A program made the position numbers and the translations under genes. From the human T2T-CHM13v2.0 reference genome, Homo sapiens, in the NCBI RefSeq assembly GCF_009914755.1, contig NC_060937.1: a stretch of DNA of 64,000 bases; one strand, given 5' to 3'. Within the stretch, counting starts at the first letter, position 1. Each line of letters begins with the position of its first letter. Under the pieces are notes generated by a model. It had not been told where the DNA came from and searched no databases. It worked only from the letters and a program-made list of their open reading frames with translations. Below, piece by piece: positions 41,093-62,456 of the stretch.

Positions 41093-44000
41093 TGTAGCAG
41101 GATAAGCCATGGCCAAAACCCCTCAGACACTGGGTTGAGGGAAGAGGTAGCTTTATTTGGCCAGGAACGTCAGCAGACCTGCATCTCAAAAACTGAGCTC
41201 CCCAAGAGGGAAATTCCTGCCCCTTTTAAGGGCTTACAGTTCTAAGGGGGTCCACGTGAAAGGGTTGTGATCAATTGAGCAAGCATGGGGTACATGGCTG
41301 GGGCCCCATGCATTGGTAGTTAAGACAGAACAGAACAGAAAGTTTCACAATGCTTCCTCATACAATGTCTGGAATCTATAGATAGTACAAGCAGTTAGTC
41401 AGGGGTTGATATTTAATTAGCAGACCAGGCCTGGGGTGCGGGGCCAGGCTGCCTGACTATTTATCTCATTTTTGCCTTCTTTAACTTATTTCTTCCTTCT
41501 TTTTCTGAGGTATGAAACAATAAGAGAGGTGGTCTCCTTCCTCATTCCCCCCCTTTGAGAATCTCACTTATTAGTGGGAGTTCTCACTTTCATCTTCACT
41601 ACCTAGGTCTTCCTGCAAGACAGATTGATAATGATTCATGTAATACATTTGAGCCTTATCTGTACTTGCTAGTTTCACATTCCTTGAGGCTCAGCGAGTT
41701 TCTGCTTCACCTCCCCCGTGCAGCTGCAAAGTTACAAGGTTTATACAGAAACATGGTTTCCCAAGGATTTGGAACATGTAATATAGATAAATGTAAAAGA
41801 CTGATCAACTGCCTTTGTTCTTGCTTCTCTAAGTGTGCTTCCTGCATCACGTAGCTCCCAGCCACTGACTGCTTAAAAGGTGGCTGCTTTCTTTGTCCAG
41901 GGCTCAGACTTTCCTGTACACTAATCCTACTGAGCCAAGTGATCATCTTTTAATAAAGACCTTTCCTGAACTCACTTTGTTTGGTCTCTCCCATCTTTGA
42001 TTGTCCCGCAACAATAATAACTATAAAACAGAAACTGTTTTAACTTGTTGCCCTACTCAGTGACCTGATGAATACATTGGGAACAGTCCTCCATGTGGGG
42101 AAAATCAGTGGAAGTCCTTATTACATAAGTCCAAATTTTAAGGAGAATAAGTCCCACGATGAGTTTCCTCATGCTTTGGCTGTGCATAGATGAGTCAGCT
42201 TCTGGGTGTGACTGCAGCAGGGCTTGTCGTCCTTCTCAGAGTCACTTTGCAGGGGTTGTCTGGGCTTGGTCTCACCTTCCAGGTCTCAGAGGCTGCAGGT
42301 TTCACATGGCTGTGGTGGATCCAGGCTTGGATTCCTTCAACCTTTACAGCTGTGGGGGTGGTCAAGATGACGGTCTGGGGTCTTTCCACCGTGGTCACAA
42401 GGGGACTACATTCCAATCCTTGATCCACACTTGATCACCTGGAGAGAAAGGGTGAACTGGGTAGAATAAGCTAATGGGGCACCTCTCATTTACCCAGGCT
42501 GAAATTGTTTGAGCAATTTTTCCTATGGCCTATAGCTGTCATTTTAACTCAATTTCACCTAGCTCTTGTGGAGTGCCTGGGAGTCCCCATAGTATGGGAG
42601 GGGGTCTATGGTACAATATTTTATAAGGGGAATATCCTGTTCTTTTAGAAGGGGTACATCTTATTTTAAACAATACCATCAGGAGAGCCTGTATCTATTT
42701 TAATCTTGTTTCCTGACACACTTTCCCTAAGCTATTCTTGATAGTCTGATTCATTTGCTCCACCTTTCCTGAACTTTGAGGTCAGGAGGCAGCATGCAGT
42801 TTCCATGTGATCCCTAATACCTTTGCTGTCTTCTGTACCAAGTCAGCCACAAATGCCAACCCATTATCTGAGCCAATTCGTAAGAGCAGTCCAAATCTAG
42901 GAATACGATCTCGAAGAAGTGCACGGGTTACTTCACGAGCTTTCTCAGTTCGTGTTTGATAAGCCTCCACTCACCCAGAGTAGGTATACATGAGAACTAG
43001 TAAATACTTGTTATCTCCACACTTGGGCATTTATGTTAAGTCCACCTGGAGATCTTCAAAGGGAGCTGCTCCATAAACTTGTATGCTGAGCAGAACAGCT
43101 GGACCCTGCCTCGCATTGTGCTGTCGGCAGGTTACACACCACTGCACCAGTATTTTGGCAAGGGCTGACAAATGCGAGATGTAGAAATACTGGCCTAACA
43201 ACTTTTCAAGTGACCCCTGACCTAGATGGGTGGTTTCATGCACAGTCAGTACGACTGCGGCTCCCAGCAGCTGTGGCAAAGCTACTTTCCTATCTGGTAA
43301 CTGGATCCATCCTTCTTCCATCACCTGTCCTCCCTCTGCCTGTAGAAAGTCCTTTTTTCTTCTTTAAAATAAGTAGGTACAAGGTCAGGTGCTTGAGGGA
43401 GCAGGGGGGCTGTGACTGATGCCTGGTAGGGGGCAGATGCTGCTTTTCGAGCCTCTGAGTCAGCTTGGGAGTTGTCCAAGGCAACTGAGGTGGAAGCTCG
43501 CTGGTGGACTCCGCAGTGCATGACTGCCACCTTTTGGGGTTTCCATACTTTTTCTAATAATTGCAAGATTTCTTGCTGATATTTTAGTCCTTTACCCCAG
43601 AGTTCAACAGGCCCTTTTCTTTATATAATGCTCCATGCACTTGGAGGGTTAAAAAGGCATACCTGGAGTCAGTGTAAATGTTTACAGCCTTACCTTCACT
43701 GAGTTCTAAGGCCCAAATTAAAGCAATGAGCTCAGCTTTCTGGGCTGAGGTACCTTGGTGCAATGATTTGGCCTCAATTACAGTGTCCACGGTTACCACT
43801 GCATATCCCGCACACCTCTCTCCTTGTGGGTTGACAAAGCTGCTCCTGTCCATGCACAGCTCCCAGTCCACTGATGCCCAAGGTTGGTCCCGGAGGTCAA
43901 GTCTGCTAGAGTAAACTGGGTCTAACACCTCTACACAGTTAGGCTCGACAGGGCTCTCTGATACCGGGAGCAAGGTGGCGGGGTTCAGGGTTTTACAAAT

Positions 44001-47000
44001 TTCAATGGTTATGCGGGGATTTTCACAGAGCAAGCTTTGGTACTTGGTTAGTCTAGCATTCGTTAGCCAATGATGTCCTTTGGTATTCATTAAAGTCACC
44101 ATAGCATGGGGGGCCCCTTTATGTTCAGGTTTTGCCCAAGGGTTAGTTTATCTGCTTCTTGTGCTAGCAGGGCAGTTGCTGCTAAGGCCCTCAAACCCGG
44201 GGGCCAACCTTTGGAAACCCTGTCTAGTTGTTTAGAGAGGTAGCCACCGGCCTCAACCAGGGCCCCACAGTCTTGGTCAAAACCCTAACTGCCATTTTTT
44301 CTCTCTCTGACACATATAGTGTAAATGGCTTTGTCAGGTCAGGCAGACCCAGGGCTGGGGCTGACATGAAGTTTTCTTTTAACTCATGAAAATCCTGTTG
44401 CTGTTGGGACCCCCATTCGAAAGGTTCCATGTCACCCCTCTTTGTAACTTGGTACAGAGGTTTGGCCAGTACTGCAAAATTTGGGATCCATAACCTGCAG
44501 AACCCTAAGAACAGCTCCTAAGAATTCTCTCACCTGCCTTCTGGTCTTAGGCTCTGGTAGGTTGCAAATGACCTGCTTTCTTTCTGATCCTAGGCTGCGT
44601 TCCCCCTGTCGGATTGTAAATCCTAGGTAGCGTACCTGCTGTCTGCAGATCTGAGCTTTCTTCTTGGACACCTTATACTCACAGTCCTCCAGGTGTCAGA
44701 GCAGGGCGTCTGTTCCTTTGGCGCACCCAATTGCTGTGGGGTGTCCCAGCAGGAGGTCGTTGACATACTGGAGCAACACACAGCCTAGGTCTCTGGCGGG
44801 AAACTTTCGCAGGTCTTGAGCCAGGGCCTCCCTGAAGATAGTGAGGGAGTTTCTGAACCCTTGGGGACGCCGGGTCCAAGTGTACTGAGTGGTGACACCT
44901 AAGCCTGGATCTTCCCACTGGAAAGCAAACAGTTTCTGGCTCTCAGGAGCTAGTCTGGTGCTAAAGAAAGTGTCCTTCAAGTCCAGGAGGTGAAGCAGCT
45001 GTCCTCAGCTGGCAGTAACCCTAAGAACATGTACGGGTTAGGTACCATTGGGTGCAAAGTCACTGTAGCTTGGTTAACCAAGCGCAAGTCCTATACTGGT
45101 CTGTAAACCTTGGTTCCTGGATTGGGAACAGGCAGCAGGGCTGTGTTCCAGGCAGACTGACAGGGGGCTATAATTCCAAAGGCCTTCAGGCACTGGAGAT
45201 GGATCTGGATACCTTCAAGAGCTTCTCTGGTTACGGGGGCTTCGTTTACTGCTAGCCCCAGAGGATTATCTTCTGCCCACACCCTTAGCCACTGTTTAGC
45301 CAAAGCTGGTCCTATCTCTTGGCCTGGCTCAGTTAAGAAAAGTCCATTCTTCCTCCCAGGGGACTGTAAGGGCCATAATGACTCCCATTCCAGGTAACTT
45401 TAGCGGTAAAGAGCTGTGCTTTGTAAAAGAGATGGTGGCCCTCAGCTTGCTAAGCAAGTCCCTTCCCAGCAAGGGCAAGGGGCAGTCAGGCATGTACAAG
45501 AACTGGTGAATCACTTCATGTCTCCCTACAGTACAAGTCCGGGGCAAGTAGAAAGCTTGTTTTTTCAAGACTCCTGTGGCTTTGATTATATCAATAGTCT
45601 TTTTGGATAAGGGGGTGACTGGGGTGGTTACTACTGAATGTTCAGGATAAGTATTGACAGGAAACTCAATGTCCTTGCTCCTGACTGTCATCTTGACCAT
45701 GGGCTCATTGGGGGCACCTGAGCCCGGTCCCCCTCAGTCCAGTAACCCTTCTGCTAGATTAAACAAGGCCCCTTCATCCTTGCCTGAAACCTCTGGCTCA
45801 GAGCCATTTTGTTTCTCTTTTAACTAGGGGCACTTGTCTTTCCAATGTGCTGTTTCTTTACAGTATGCACACTGGTTATGCTGCAGGCATGGTTGGTCAG
45901 ACTGAGTGTTTTTCCCAGGGTCCCCCCTTCCTCGGCCCTTCGGGGGAACTCCTCTAATAGCTGCAGCTAGCAGATAGGTGTTTTGCCGGGCTTGGCACTT
46001 GCTTTCTTTGCGGCTCTCTCTACGGCCTGCCACATCTCTACTCACAAACATCTGACTGGCTATTTTTAATAACTGTGAAGTATTCATACTCACAAACCCA
46101 GCCTGTTTCTGAAGCTTTCTTCTAATATCTTTGGTGCTTTGACTAACTAAAGCCATGTTAATCATGCGCTGATTTTCAGGGCTATTGGGATCAAAGGGAG
46201 TATACATACGATAGGCCTCACATAGTCCCTTGTAAAATTGTGCTGGACTCTCTTCTTTTCCTTGAATGACCTCAGAGACTTTGTTAACATCTGTGGCCTT
46301 CTGAGCTCCCTTTTTTAACCCTTCCAGGAGGGCCTCTCTATACTGTTTTAGTCTCTCCATGTCTGGCCCTTCATTTGGGTCCCACTGGGGGTCTGTTCCT
46401 GGTAATTGGACTCTCACATACTCCTGGGGGTTTTGGTAACTGGCCAGAGCATGTTCCTCTAGCCACTTAGTTGCTGCCTGGAGCACCCTTCGCTTTTCAT
46501 CTGTGTTAAAGAGGTACATGAGCAGCTGGTGGCCATCAGCCCAAGTAGGGTTATGAATCTGGATAATAGTTTGGAGCAAATCAACTAATGCTTGAGGCTT
46601 TTCACTATAAGATGGGGTATTGTTCTTCCAGTTGAGGAGATCAGCAGAGGTGAAGGGTTGATACACAAAGGCACTCCTTTCTACCATATGCCCATCCTCG
46701 TCTACCCCAGTATATCGCTGCTCCCTCAGGGGCATTTGTATTCCAGTCTTAGGCCATAAATGAGCCACCAGGGGAGGGGTTTCTCCCACAGCTTCACATC
46801 CTCTCTTGTCTACTCTGGGTGGTCTAGTGGTGTGTGTGTCCTGTGGAGGCACAGGTGCTGTGGGCTCAGAAGTGGGGAGTCTCTCTTCTCAGTAAGCGGG
46901 GGGCATCGCTGGTGCCATTTCCTGCCATAAGTCTTCTGATATTGGATTGGACAGAACTTTAGGGGCCGACTTCCCTTGGCAGGTGGAGCGGGATCCTTCC

Positions 47001-48252
47001 TTAACTATCTGTCCTTTCACCACTAACACTGTGGCTCCCTGTCCTCTTAACCACGGTGGGGGGTTCTAAAACCAGCTGTAACCAAGTGTCTATGCATGGG
47101 AACTGGTCTGGGTGCCCTGGCTTACAGGTTATCTTATGACATACCTTTGAAACAAGGGCCCTATCCAGGCTTCTTCTGATGGCCAACCCACCTCAAATAC
47201 TGGCCAGTCTATCTTACACAAAGTTCTAAGTTTTCCTGGTGTCATAGTAACTCCATAGTCTCCCTTAAATCCCTACTTAAAATTTTTTAACATAGTTCCT
47301 AGTGGAGTGGGTTTACTTTGTGTCTGACCCATTTTTCTCTCGAGACAATGTTCACACTACAAGAAGGAAAGGGTAAAGATCACTCACTCATCTAATTCAC
47401 ACTAAATCAAGCATTTCAAGCCAAGTCAAAATCAAAACCAAAACCAAAGTGCCAATAAAGGCACACCATGGGTGATCAGGTCACGCTTCCACTCAAATGG
47501 AGTGGGCAAGTCCCCAAGACCAGTCTTACCATATTCCAGATGTCCGGACTCCAAGTGCCAGTTCCTTTCTGGTGTTCTGCCACTGCGTTGATCCTCCGCA
47601 GGGGCCTGCCATGCACTCCTCTGTTGAGGCGTTCCACCGGGGCAAATGCCTACCCAGGAGTGCTCTCAGGATCCGTGTCACTCAAGCTGGCCGGAGTCCC
47701 CTGCAGGGATGCTCCACAGGGCAGGCCTGAGCCACCTAAGGGGCTGCCTTGACTGTCTGCTAATCACCTCGCTTCCCAGTCAGAGAACCAAGAAATGTAG
47801 CAGGACAAGCTGTGGACAAAACCCCTCAGACACCAGGTTGAGAAAGGAAGTAGCTTTATTCGGCCAGGAGCATCAGCAGACTTGTGTCTCAAAAACCAAG
47901 CTCCCTGAGAGAGAAATTCCTGCCCCTTTTAAGGGCTTACAATTCCAAGGAGGTCCACATGAAAAGGTCGTGATCGATTGAGCAAACATGGGGTACGTGG
48001 CTGGGGCTGCATGCATCGGTAATCAAGACAGAACAGAACAGAGCAGAAAGTTTCACAATGCTTCCTCATACAATGTCTGGAATCTATAGCTAATACAAGT
48101 GGTTAGGTCAGGGGTTGATTTTTAACTACCAGACCAGGCCTGAAGTGCAGTGCTGGGCTGTCTATTGATCTCATTTTTGCCTTTCTTTAACTTTTACTTC
48201 CTCATTCTTTTTCTGAGGTATGAGACAATAAGAGAGGTGGTCTCCTTCCTTA
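41093..48252 (-). mobile_element. HERV-E-family provirus: LTR2-type LTRs (47796-48252 and 41093-41544), defective gag-pro-pol, env mostly deleted
   Basis: 4-bp TSD gatc; PBS TGGTTCTCTGACTGGGAA matches tRNA-Glu; gag from 47332 MGQTQSKPTPLGTMLKNFK; CCHC CAYCKETAHWKDKC; RT YVND; RNase H YTDSRY; polypurine tract next to the 3' LTR. Confidence 0.93.
41655..42013 (+). mobile_element. Partial LTR of another ERV1 family (LTR15-like, tentative), antisense within HERV-E env
   Basis: TATA-like cttaaaagg, AATAAA, terminal ...gtcccgcaaCA; unrelated to the flanking LTR2 pair. Confidence 0.65.
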
Positions 48253-48331
48253 GATCAGGCTGAATTTATTGACTTGGGCCCACTAAGTAGGGACTCTGCA
48301 TTTAATGTTGCAGCTTGAGGAGTTAAAAAAG

Positions 48332-48733
<402 letters not shown>

Positions 48734-49570
48734 TCCCATAGGACAAAATAAATATCCATAAATCCATAGGGACATAAATAAATAATTCAATAAATAAATG
48801 TATGAGAGAAGAGACACTTCTTCCTTACAGAATTCCAATTAATCAATGTAGAAGGAATGAGTAAAATACAAAATCCCCACTAGACCACCACAGTAGTAAC
48901 TGTTGACAAGATCCACCAATGAATGAGAAAACCAGCAGGCAAAAGTTTGAGAAGAAACAGGATGCTAGCACAGTCTAAAGCATCTCTCCAAGATGTTTAT
49001 CATTTACAAAGGGAGAAAAGTAACTTACAGTAATGAAACCTGGGAGATTCCACCTTAACCAAGTGATCGTGGTAAATATCACTAATAAGCCACGTTGGCA
49101 TCCTGTACCCCGATAGGAAATAACAAGGGCATTTCACCTTGTGATCTTCTTCCCCCAAACACATCACCTTAGTCTAATCATGAGGAAAACGTGGACAAAA
49201 CCAAACTGAGGATCATTCTACAAAAAAGCTGGCCAGTACTCATCAAGAGTCCATGAAAGACAAGGAAATACGGAACAACTGTCACAGATTGGAGGAAACT
49301 GAGGGGACACGAATGAATGCAACGTGGCATCTTAGATTATATCCTGGAATATTAAAAAGGCATGGTAGGGGTGGGAGGAGATGGTGAAAATCAAAGGGCT
49401 ATAGTTTAATTCATAGTATTGTATCAAAGTTAATTTCCTCATTTTGATTACTGAACTACAGTTATATAAGTTTTTAACATCAGGGAAGCAAAGTGGTAGA
49501 AATATGTGAACTCTGTACTATTTCTTCAAATTTTCTGTAAGTCTAAAATTATTTCAGAAATAAAATAAAA
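48734..49570 (+). mobile_element. L1MC3-like 3' region
   Basis: ccaccttaaccaagtgatc...ccaaactgaggatcattctacaaaa...ctgtaagtctaaaattatttcagaaataaaa. Confidence 0.75.
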
Positions 49571-49962
49571 ACACATGCATCCACAAAATAGTAACTACGG
49601 AGAGGTGATAATGTGTTAATTATCTTGATTTTGATGATCATTTCACAACGCATGTGCATATCAACCATCAAATTGTACACCATATATAATTTTTATGTCA
49701 ATAAATCTTAAAATATATAAAAACAAATGAATTAATAAAATAAAAAATAAATTAAAAATAAGAATAAGCTCCATCTGAAGCGCTACTTGCATAGTGCACA
49801 TTGAAAACCACATCCTGCTGCTGCTGGCTGGAGGACTTGAATACCATTCAGAATTTCCCCTATTACTGTGCAGCTCTTCATCGAAAATCATAACTACAAA
49901 ATTGCTGGCAAGGTACTCTCCCTGGTCCTCGATTTTCCATACCTATAAAATGAAAGAGTTAG

Positions 49963-50292
<330 letters not shown>

Positions 50293-50445
50293 TCTTTCTC
50301 AGTTTTGAAATTCTATGCTTCATGCTTCATAATTCTCAACTCTTCTTAGCTTGGCCTTCATTGCCAAGTTAAGTTAACAGCTTTGGTGTAGAAGTGACCA
50401 GAGATTATATATACCAGTTTGGGGCTTAGTATGTCATCACATTAA

Positions 50446-50808
<363 letters not shown>

Positions 50809-51913
50809 TAGGTTTCAATATCTCAGAAAGCTAATTAATAATCGTAATCTCATTTAAATCTCTTGATTTTACACAGTAATAACAGTGAACACATGGTGAA
50901 ATTCGGTCCATCTAACTCAGAAACTTCATTTTAGGACAATATTTCAAACTCCTTTCCCATCTAGGCATTTTTCAGTAGCAGACATGTGGCACACCTGACT
51001 CCCTTCACCTCCCTCTTAGTGAAGGTTTAGGAATTAGAGATGTACTCAAAGCCAGAACTCAGTGGCCTAAATCACCAGTCCTTGGATTACTACAAGCTCA
51101 CCTAGAGTCTAAAAGAACAATTCTCCTTATGCCCATTGTGATCCTGGAAACATCACTTCTCTCCTCAGTTGCTGTTTCTCACTTAGCATCTCACTTTGGA
51201 AATCTTTGTTTCTCTGTGGCCACTAGGACATTTGCTCCACTGAACTTTCTGGCTTTAATTTTTGCCCCCTCAATCAGTCCCAAATAGCCCTACTGAAGTA
51301 GCCCCAGAAACTTGCATTGCTATTCCACTCTTTCATGATTTCTCATCTACATATTAACCACTCCAACATTCCTGCATTTGTGGTCATCTTGTCAGCACAT
51401 CTCGCTGACCTAAATGAAGAAATTCCTATTCCTTTTACTCCAGATTATCCATATAATTCTTCTTGAAAGCTATTCTTGGGATGTACTAAGGAAAGTACTT
51501 GACTTTTGGTGTCTGATGATGTAGGGTTTAAGTGCTGGCTGCACCACTTACTTAGGAAATTTCAAAAAGGTATTAAATTCTCATAAATGGGAATAATGCC
51601 TACTTTATAAGGTGTTTCAAAAATTCAGTGATAATGTATGTGATATACACAGCACAAGGTCAGTCTGTTGAGAAGGACCCTGCCGGTCGTGGCTATGAAG
51701 ATGATAAGTACCCATGGGATGCCATGAACACAGCAGTCACCTCTACTGACCTCAGCCACAAAACACCAGCCCTTCTAGCTTCCCTGGATCCTTTGCTAAC
51801 TGTGCTTTTTTCTAGGAGAGTATGTGTTTCTCTATTTGGCTTGAGAACTGAACAATCCTTCAAAGGGTTGAAGTATCTTTATTATATATACGGTCTATGC
51901 TTTATCATACTAA

Positions 51914-52211
51914 TTTTTTTTTTTTTTTTGAGGCAGGGTCTCACTCTGTGGTTCAGGCTGGAATGTAGTGGCATGATCACAGATCACTGCAGCCTTGAAC
52001 TCATGGGCTCAAGTGATCCTCCTGCCTCAGCCTTCTGAGTAGCTGGGACTTTAGGTGCACACCACCAGGTCTGGCTAATTTTTTTTTTTTTTTAAGAGAT
52101 GGAGTCTCACTATGTTGCCCAGGCTGGTCTCAAACTCCTGGGCTCAAGTGATCCTCCCGCCTAGGCCTCTCAATGTATTGAGATTACAGATGTAAGCCAC
52201 CTTGCCCAGCC
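51914..52211 (-). mobile_element. AluJ
   Basis: Antisense dimer, gggctcaagtgatcctcc. Confidence 0.92.
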
Positions 52212-52214
52212 CTA

Positions 52215-52670
52215 AATTTTTTTTCTTATGTTAAAATACACAAAAATGTACCATCCTAACCATGTTTAAGTGTGCAATTCAGTGGTGTGAAGTACATTCA
52301 CATTGTTATGTAGCCATCACTACTATCCATCCCCTGAACTTTTAAAAAAGTCATCCCAAACAGAAAGTCTATACCCATTAAACACTAACTCTCTATTCTC
52401 CCCTACCACCAGCCCCTGGAAACTACTTTCTGTCTCCATGAATTTACCTATTCTAGGTTCTTCACATACATAGAATCATATATTTGTGCTTCTGTGACTG
52501 GCTTATTTCACTTAGTATAATGTTCTCAAGGTTCATCTATGTTGTAGCATATATAAGAATTGCACTTCTTTTTAGGCTAAATCATAGTCCATTGTACATA
52601 TATACCTCATTTTGTTTATCCATTCATCTATGGATGAACATTTGGGTTGTTTCCACATTTTGGCTATTGT
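52215..52670 (-). mobile_element. L1MB 3' end
   Basis: aagtgtgcaattcagtgg...gcttatttcacttagtataatgttctcaaggttcatc. Confidence 0.8.
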
Positions 52671-53326
52671 TACTTTATCCTGTTTTACATTCTGCAGAAA
52701 TTTACATCTTTATTTTCAGAACTATTAAGTTTCCTCATACTAACAGTCACAGGGAGAGAGTCATGAAAGACTTGCATTTGACTTCATTTTTTGGTCATTT
52801 ATTCTTTTTTTTTTTTTTTGGCAGCCACAAAGACTGGGATTTCTAATTCTAGTTATGATAAGTAGACAATTTAAGCCATTTATCCTTTTTTCTGTTTCCT
52901 TTTCAAGAAAAGAAAATCGTATTTTTATAAAATATGATCATGTCAGTTTGGTCTATTTTTATATGTGTTAAGGAGAGCAATAATAGTCAAAAGAATAACA
53001 ATATAACGATTAGGTATTTAGTTTTAAAAAAAAAAAAAAGTAGAGGATGGGGCAATAGATAGCCTGCCTCTTCTCTAACCAATTTGTTAACTGTTTAAGA
53101 AATTAACAATAAAGAATATGGCATATGGAGGCCAGAATGTTACTTTTATCATGAACAAAGTTGATTTCGGAGAATGCAGCTTATCTCTACTTGCAGGCAG
53201 ATGGCCATCTTAATTCTATATCCCAGAATTAAACAGGTCTCCCAGCCACTCATAGACATGTCTCCTGCAGGGAAGGAAAAATTATCGACTGACAAACAGT
53301 CTGATTAAATGCTTGTCTTTTACACC

Positions 53327-53726
53327 TGCTATGGTTTGAATGTGTCTCCTCCAAAACTTAGGTGTTGCTAATGTGACAGTATTAAGAGGTAGGGCCTTTA
53401 AAAGGTGATTAGGCCACAAGGGCTCCTGTCTTGTGAATGGGATTAGATGCCCTTATAAAAGGGCTTCAAAGAGGGAGTCATCCCTTTTTGTCCTTCTGCC
53501 TTCTGTTATATGAGCACACAGCATTCTTCCCCCGCTCCTCAATACGCAACAGTCAAACTGCCATCTTGGAAGCAAAAAGACCAGACCTTCACCAGATAAC
53601 TGAACCTGCCAGTGCCTTCATCTTGGATTTCCTGACTTCCAGACCTGTGAGGAAACAAATTCCTGTTCTTTATAAATTACCCAGTCTGTGGTATTCTGTT
53701 ATAGCAGCTCAAAACAGACTAACACA
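53327..53726 (+). mobile_element. MST-type (ERVL-MaLR) solo LTR
   Basis: tgctatggtttgaatgtgtc ... tatagcagctcaaaacagactaacaca. Confidence 0.88.
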
Positions 53727-53814
53727 ATGTCCTCACCCCACCTCTCTGCCTTGGTACCCATCACATTGTGTAGCAATGGCCTGCCTTGGCCTGTCTCTTT
53801 CCTATGAGCATGTT

Positions 53815-54170
53815 GCCTTCATCCATTCTTCCACTCACTCAAATGGTTTTATTGAGTGCCTATTTTGGGCCTAGCAATATGCTAGGTCTTGCATTCAAGT
53901 CTTCTGTCAACAGAGGTGACAGAAACTGACATAACACCTACCCTTAAGGAAAGCAGCATAGAAAATATTGTAAAGGAGACAGAGTGCAGCATTAGACAAT
54001 AAGAAGGGCAGAGTGATTTAACAAACTGGGAGAAGGCTTTTCTTGGGAAGTCACATTTTTGATGACACCTCGAGGTCAAGGAGTACTTCACCAGTATATT
54101 ATACTCTGGTGTCCAGTAGAGACATAGTACATAGCAGAGCTCAGTAAATGCTTAACAAATTAATCAATGA
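53815..54170. mobile_element. L2 3'-end fragments (both orientations)
   Basis: ttccactcactcaaatggttttattgagtgcctatt; tacatagcagagctcagtaaatgcttaacaaattaat. Confidence 0.65.
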
Positions 54171-54269
54171 GTGATATATGTGAAAACACTTTATATGCAG
54201 TCAAAGTACCACACAGATGTTAACTATTATCATATAGTTAATATGGAGAGATCTACTTTTGTTCAGCTT

Positions 54270-54455
54270 CTCTGGAATACCCAAAAAGATATATGGCAGT
54301 GTCCGGAGACATTGTGAGTTGTCACAACTGGAGTTGAGGGGAGATGTGGTAATGGCATCTAGTGAGTAGAGACCACAGTTGCTACTAAACATCCTACAAT
54401 ATACACAGCAATCCCCCAAAATGTCAATAATGCCACTATTAAGAAATCCGATTCT
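54270..54455. mobile_element. MER20 hAT transposon relic; its end is the L1 target site
   Basis: tggcagtgtccggagacatt...ggttgtcacaactgg-like motif...ggcatctagtgagtagag...ccaaaatgtcaataatgcc. Confidence 0.8.
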
Positions 54456-60064
<5,609 letters not shown>

Positions 60065-60216
60065 AAGAAATCCGATTCTAAAATAATTACTGCGTTTATA
60101 TGTGCATTCATCTGTTTTACAGTGGAGAAACATTTCACTGTATAAACATAATACAATGAATGCTAACATTTTTGTATTCATTCATTCAACAAATAATTAC
60201 TAAACACCTATTATAA

Positions 60217-60545
<329 letters not shown>

Positions 60546-60894
60546 TGGATTTTTAAAATATTAAAGACACATCCTCGACCACTTGGAAGTATGTGAGATA
60601 CTTTAAGAAAGTTACTAAAGTTCTAAATAAATAAATGTGCTAAAAGCTCAGGAGAGACCACACCTGACTGTGAAGAGGAAAGGCTTTATACACCCCTAAG
60701 GGCTTTGGACGGTAGAAGCATTCGCAAGAGTGAAGGGGTGGGTCTCCAGAGGCACAGGGAGTGGCCTAACTGGAGCACTGGGGTGTGAAAAGACACTGCA
60801 TAGAGGGGTATGGAGAAGCCCAATTTGCCTCAAGTCCAGGACTTGACTTGAAAAAAAATCAGAGCAGTGAAAAATACAGATAAAAAAGAAGCAG

Positions 60895-61588
<694 letters not shown>

Positions 61589-62296
61589 TTATTAAAATTA
61601 AAAATTAATAGTATCCTAATAGCATCTTTTACTCTCTAATCAAGGTTAGTCCCCTGAGTCTATCCTTACCCTTAAACACACAATCACATAGCATTTATAT
61701 CTACTTTTTGTTTTCTTTATTCAAATAATGCTCTCACCTCTATTTTTAAGTGGCTAAAATCAGCATTTTTAATGCAAATATTAAAGTAAGCACCATAACA
61801 TTATATAAAACAGTTTAAATGAAGAATTGAATTAGAATGTTATATTCTAATTTTTTCTATGAAAAGGATCGTTAGTTTTGCAAAAAGAATTTAAAAATCA
61901 AAAGGCAGACTTAACAAAAAGAGAAGCCCATTCACCCCTAGGTTCTTTGACTTCTTTTTATCAGATGATTATACCATCTGCCTTTAGCAAAAAACCTTCA
62001 AAATTTGCACCTTAAAATACTCTAACAAAGTGGTAACATAGGGAAAACTGCCAACATTTTTAATCAGACATCAAGTGATGGTATATGTATGTGGGGTATG
62101 TGGTCTCAAGTGTTTATTTTCTTTAGGAGCAAAGAAATGTAATAATTGTTTCCATAATAAGAAAAATATGAAATCATTTCACTGGGATAAGGGTGGAGTA
62201 TACTATCTTTAATGTAATTTACATGTTTAAACTCTACATACATAAAAACAAATATTTCATAAGAATCTCTAGAATTCCCTAAAGTAAACTATGATT

Positions 62297-62456
62297 TCTT
62301 TTTTTTTTTTTTTTGAGACAGAGTTTCTGTCACCCAGGCTGGAGTGCAGTGGTGTGAACTCGGCTCACTTCAACCTCTGCCCTCCGGGTTCAAGTGATTC
62401 TCCTGCCAGCCTCCTGAGTAGCTAGAATTACAGGCATGAGCCACTGTGCCCAGCTA
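62297..62456 (-). mobile_element. Monomer-length Alu
   Basis: Poly(T) plus right arm, ending in an Alu 5'-head-like sequence. Confidence 0.85.

Larger units (their letters stand above)
40051..48331 (+). mobile_element. HERV-L internal region (PBS and gag: 40051-41092 and 48253-48331), truncated
   Basis: gattttggtactgggagtgtggttctagagg; gag peptides WLINMIRPKNAK..., WNGDMWEDPDE, WEWILRLWDNGGRN; resumes as DQAEFIDLGPLSRDSAFNVAA after the HERV-E. Confidence 0.9.

Noticed and set aside
45824-46852. 342-aa gag ORF as a domesticated gene
   Set aside because: The matrix region has stops and frameshifts, protease (NTY) and RT (YVND) motifs are mutated, and there is no sign of preservation
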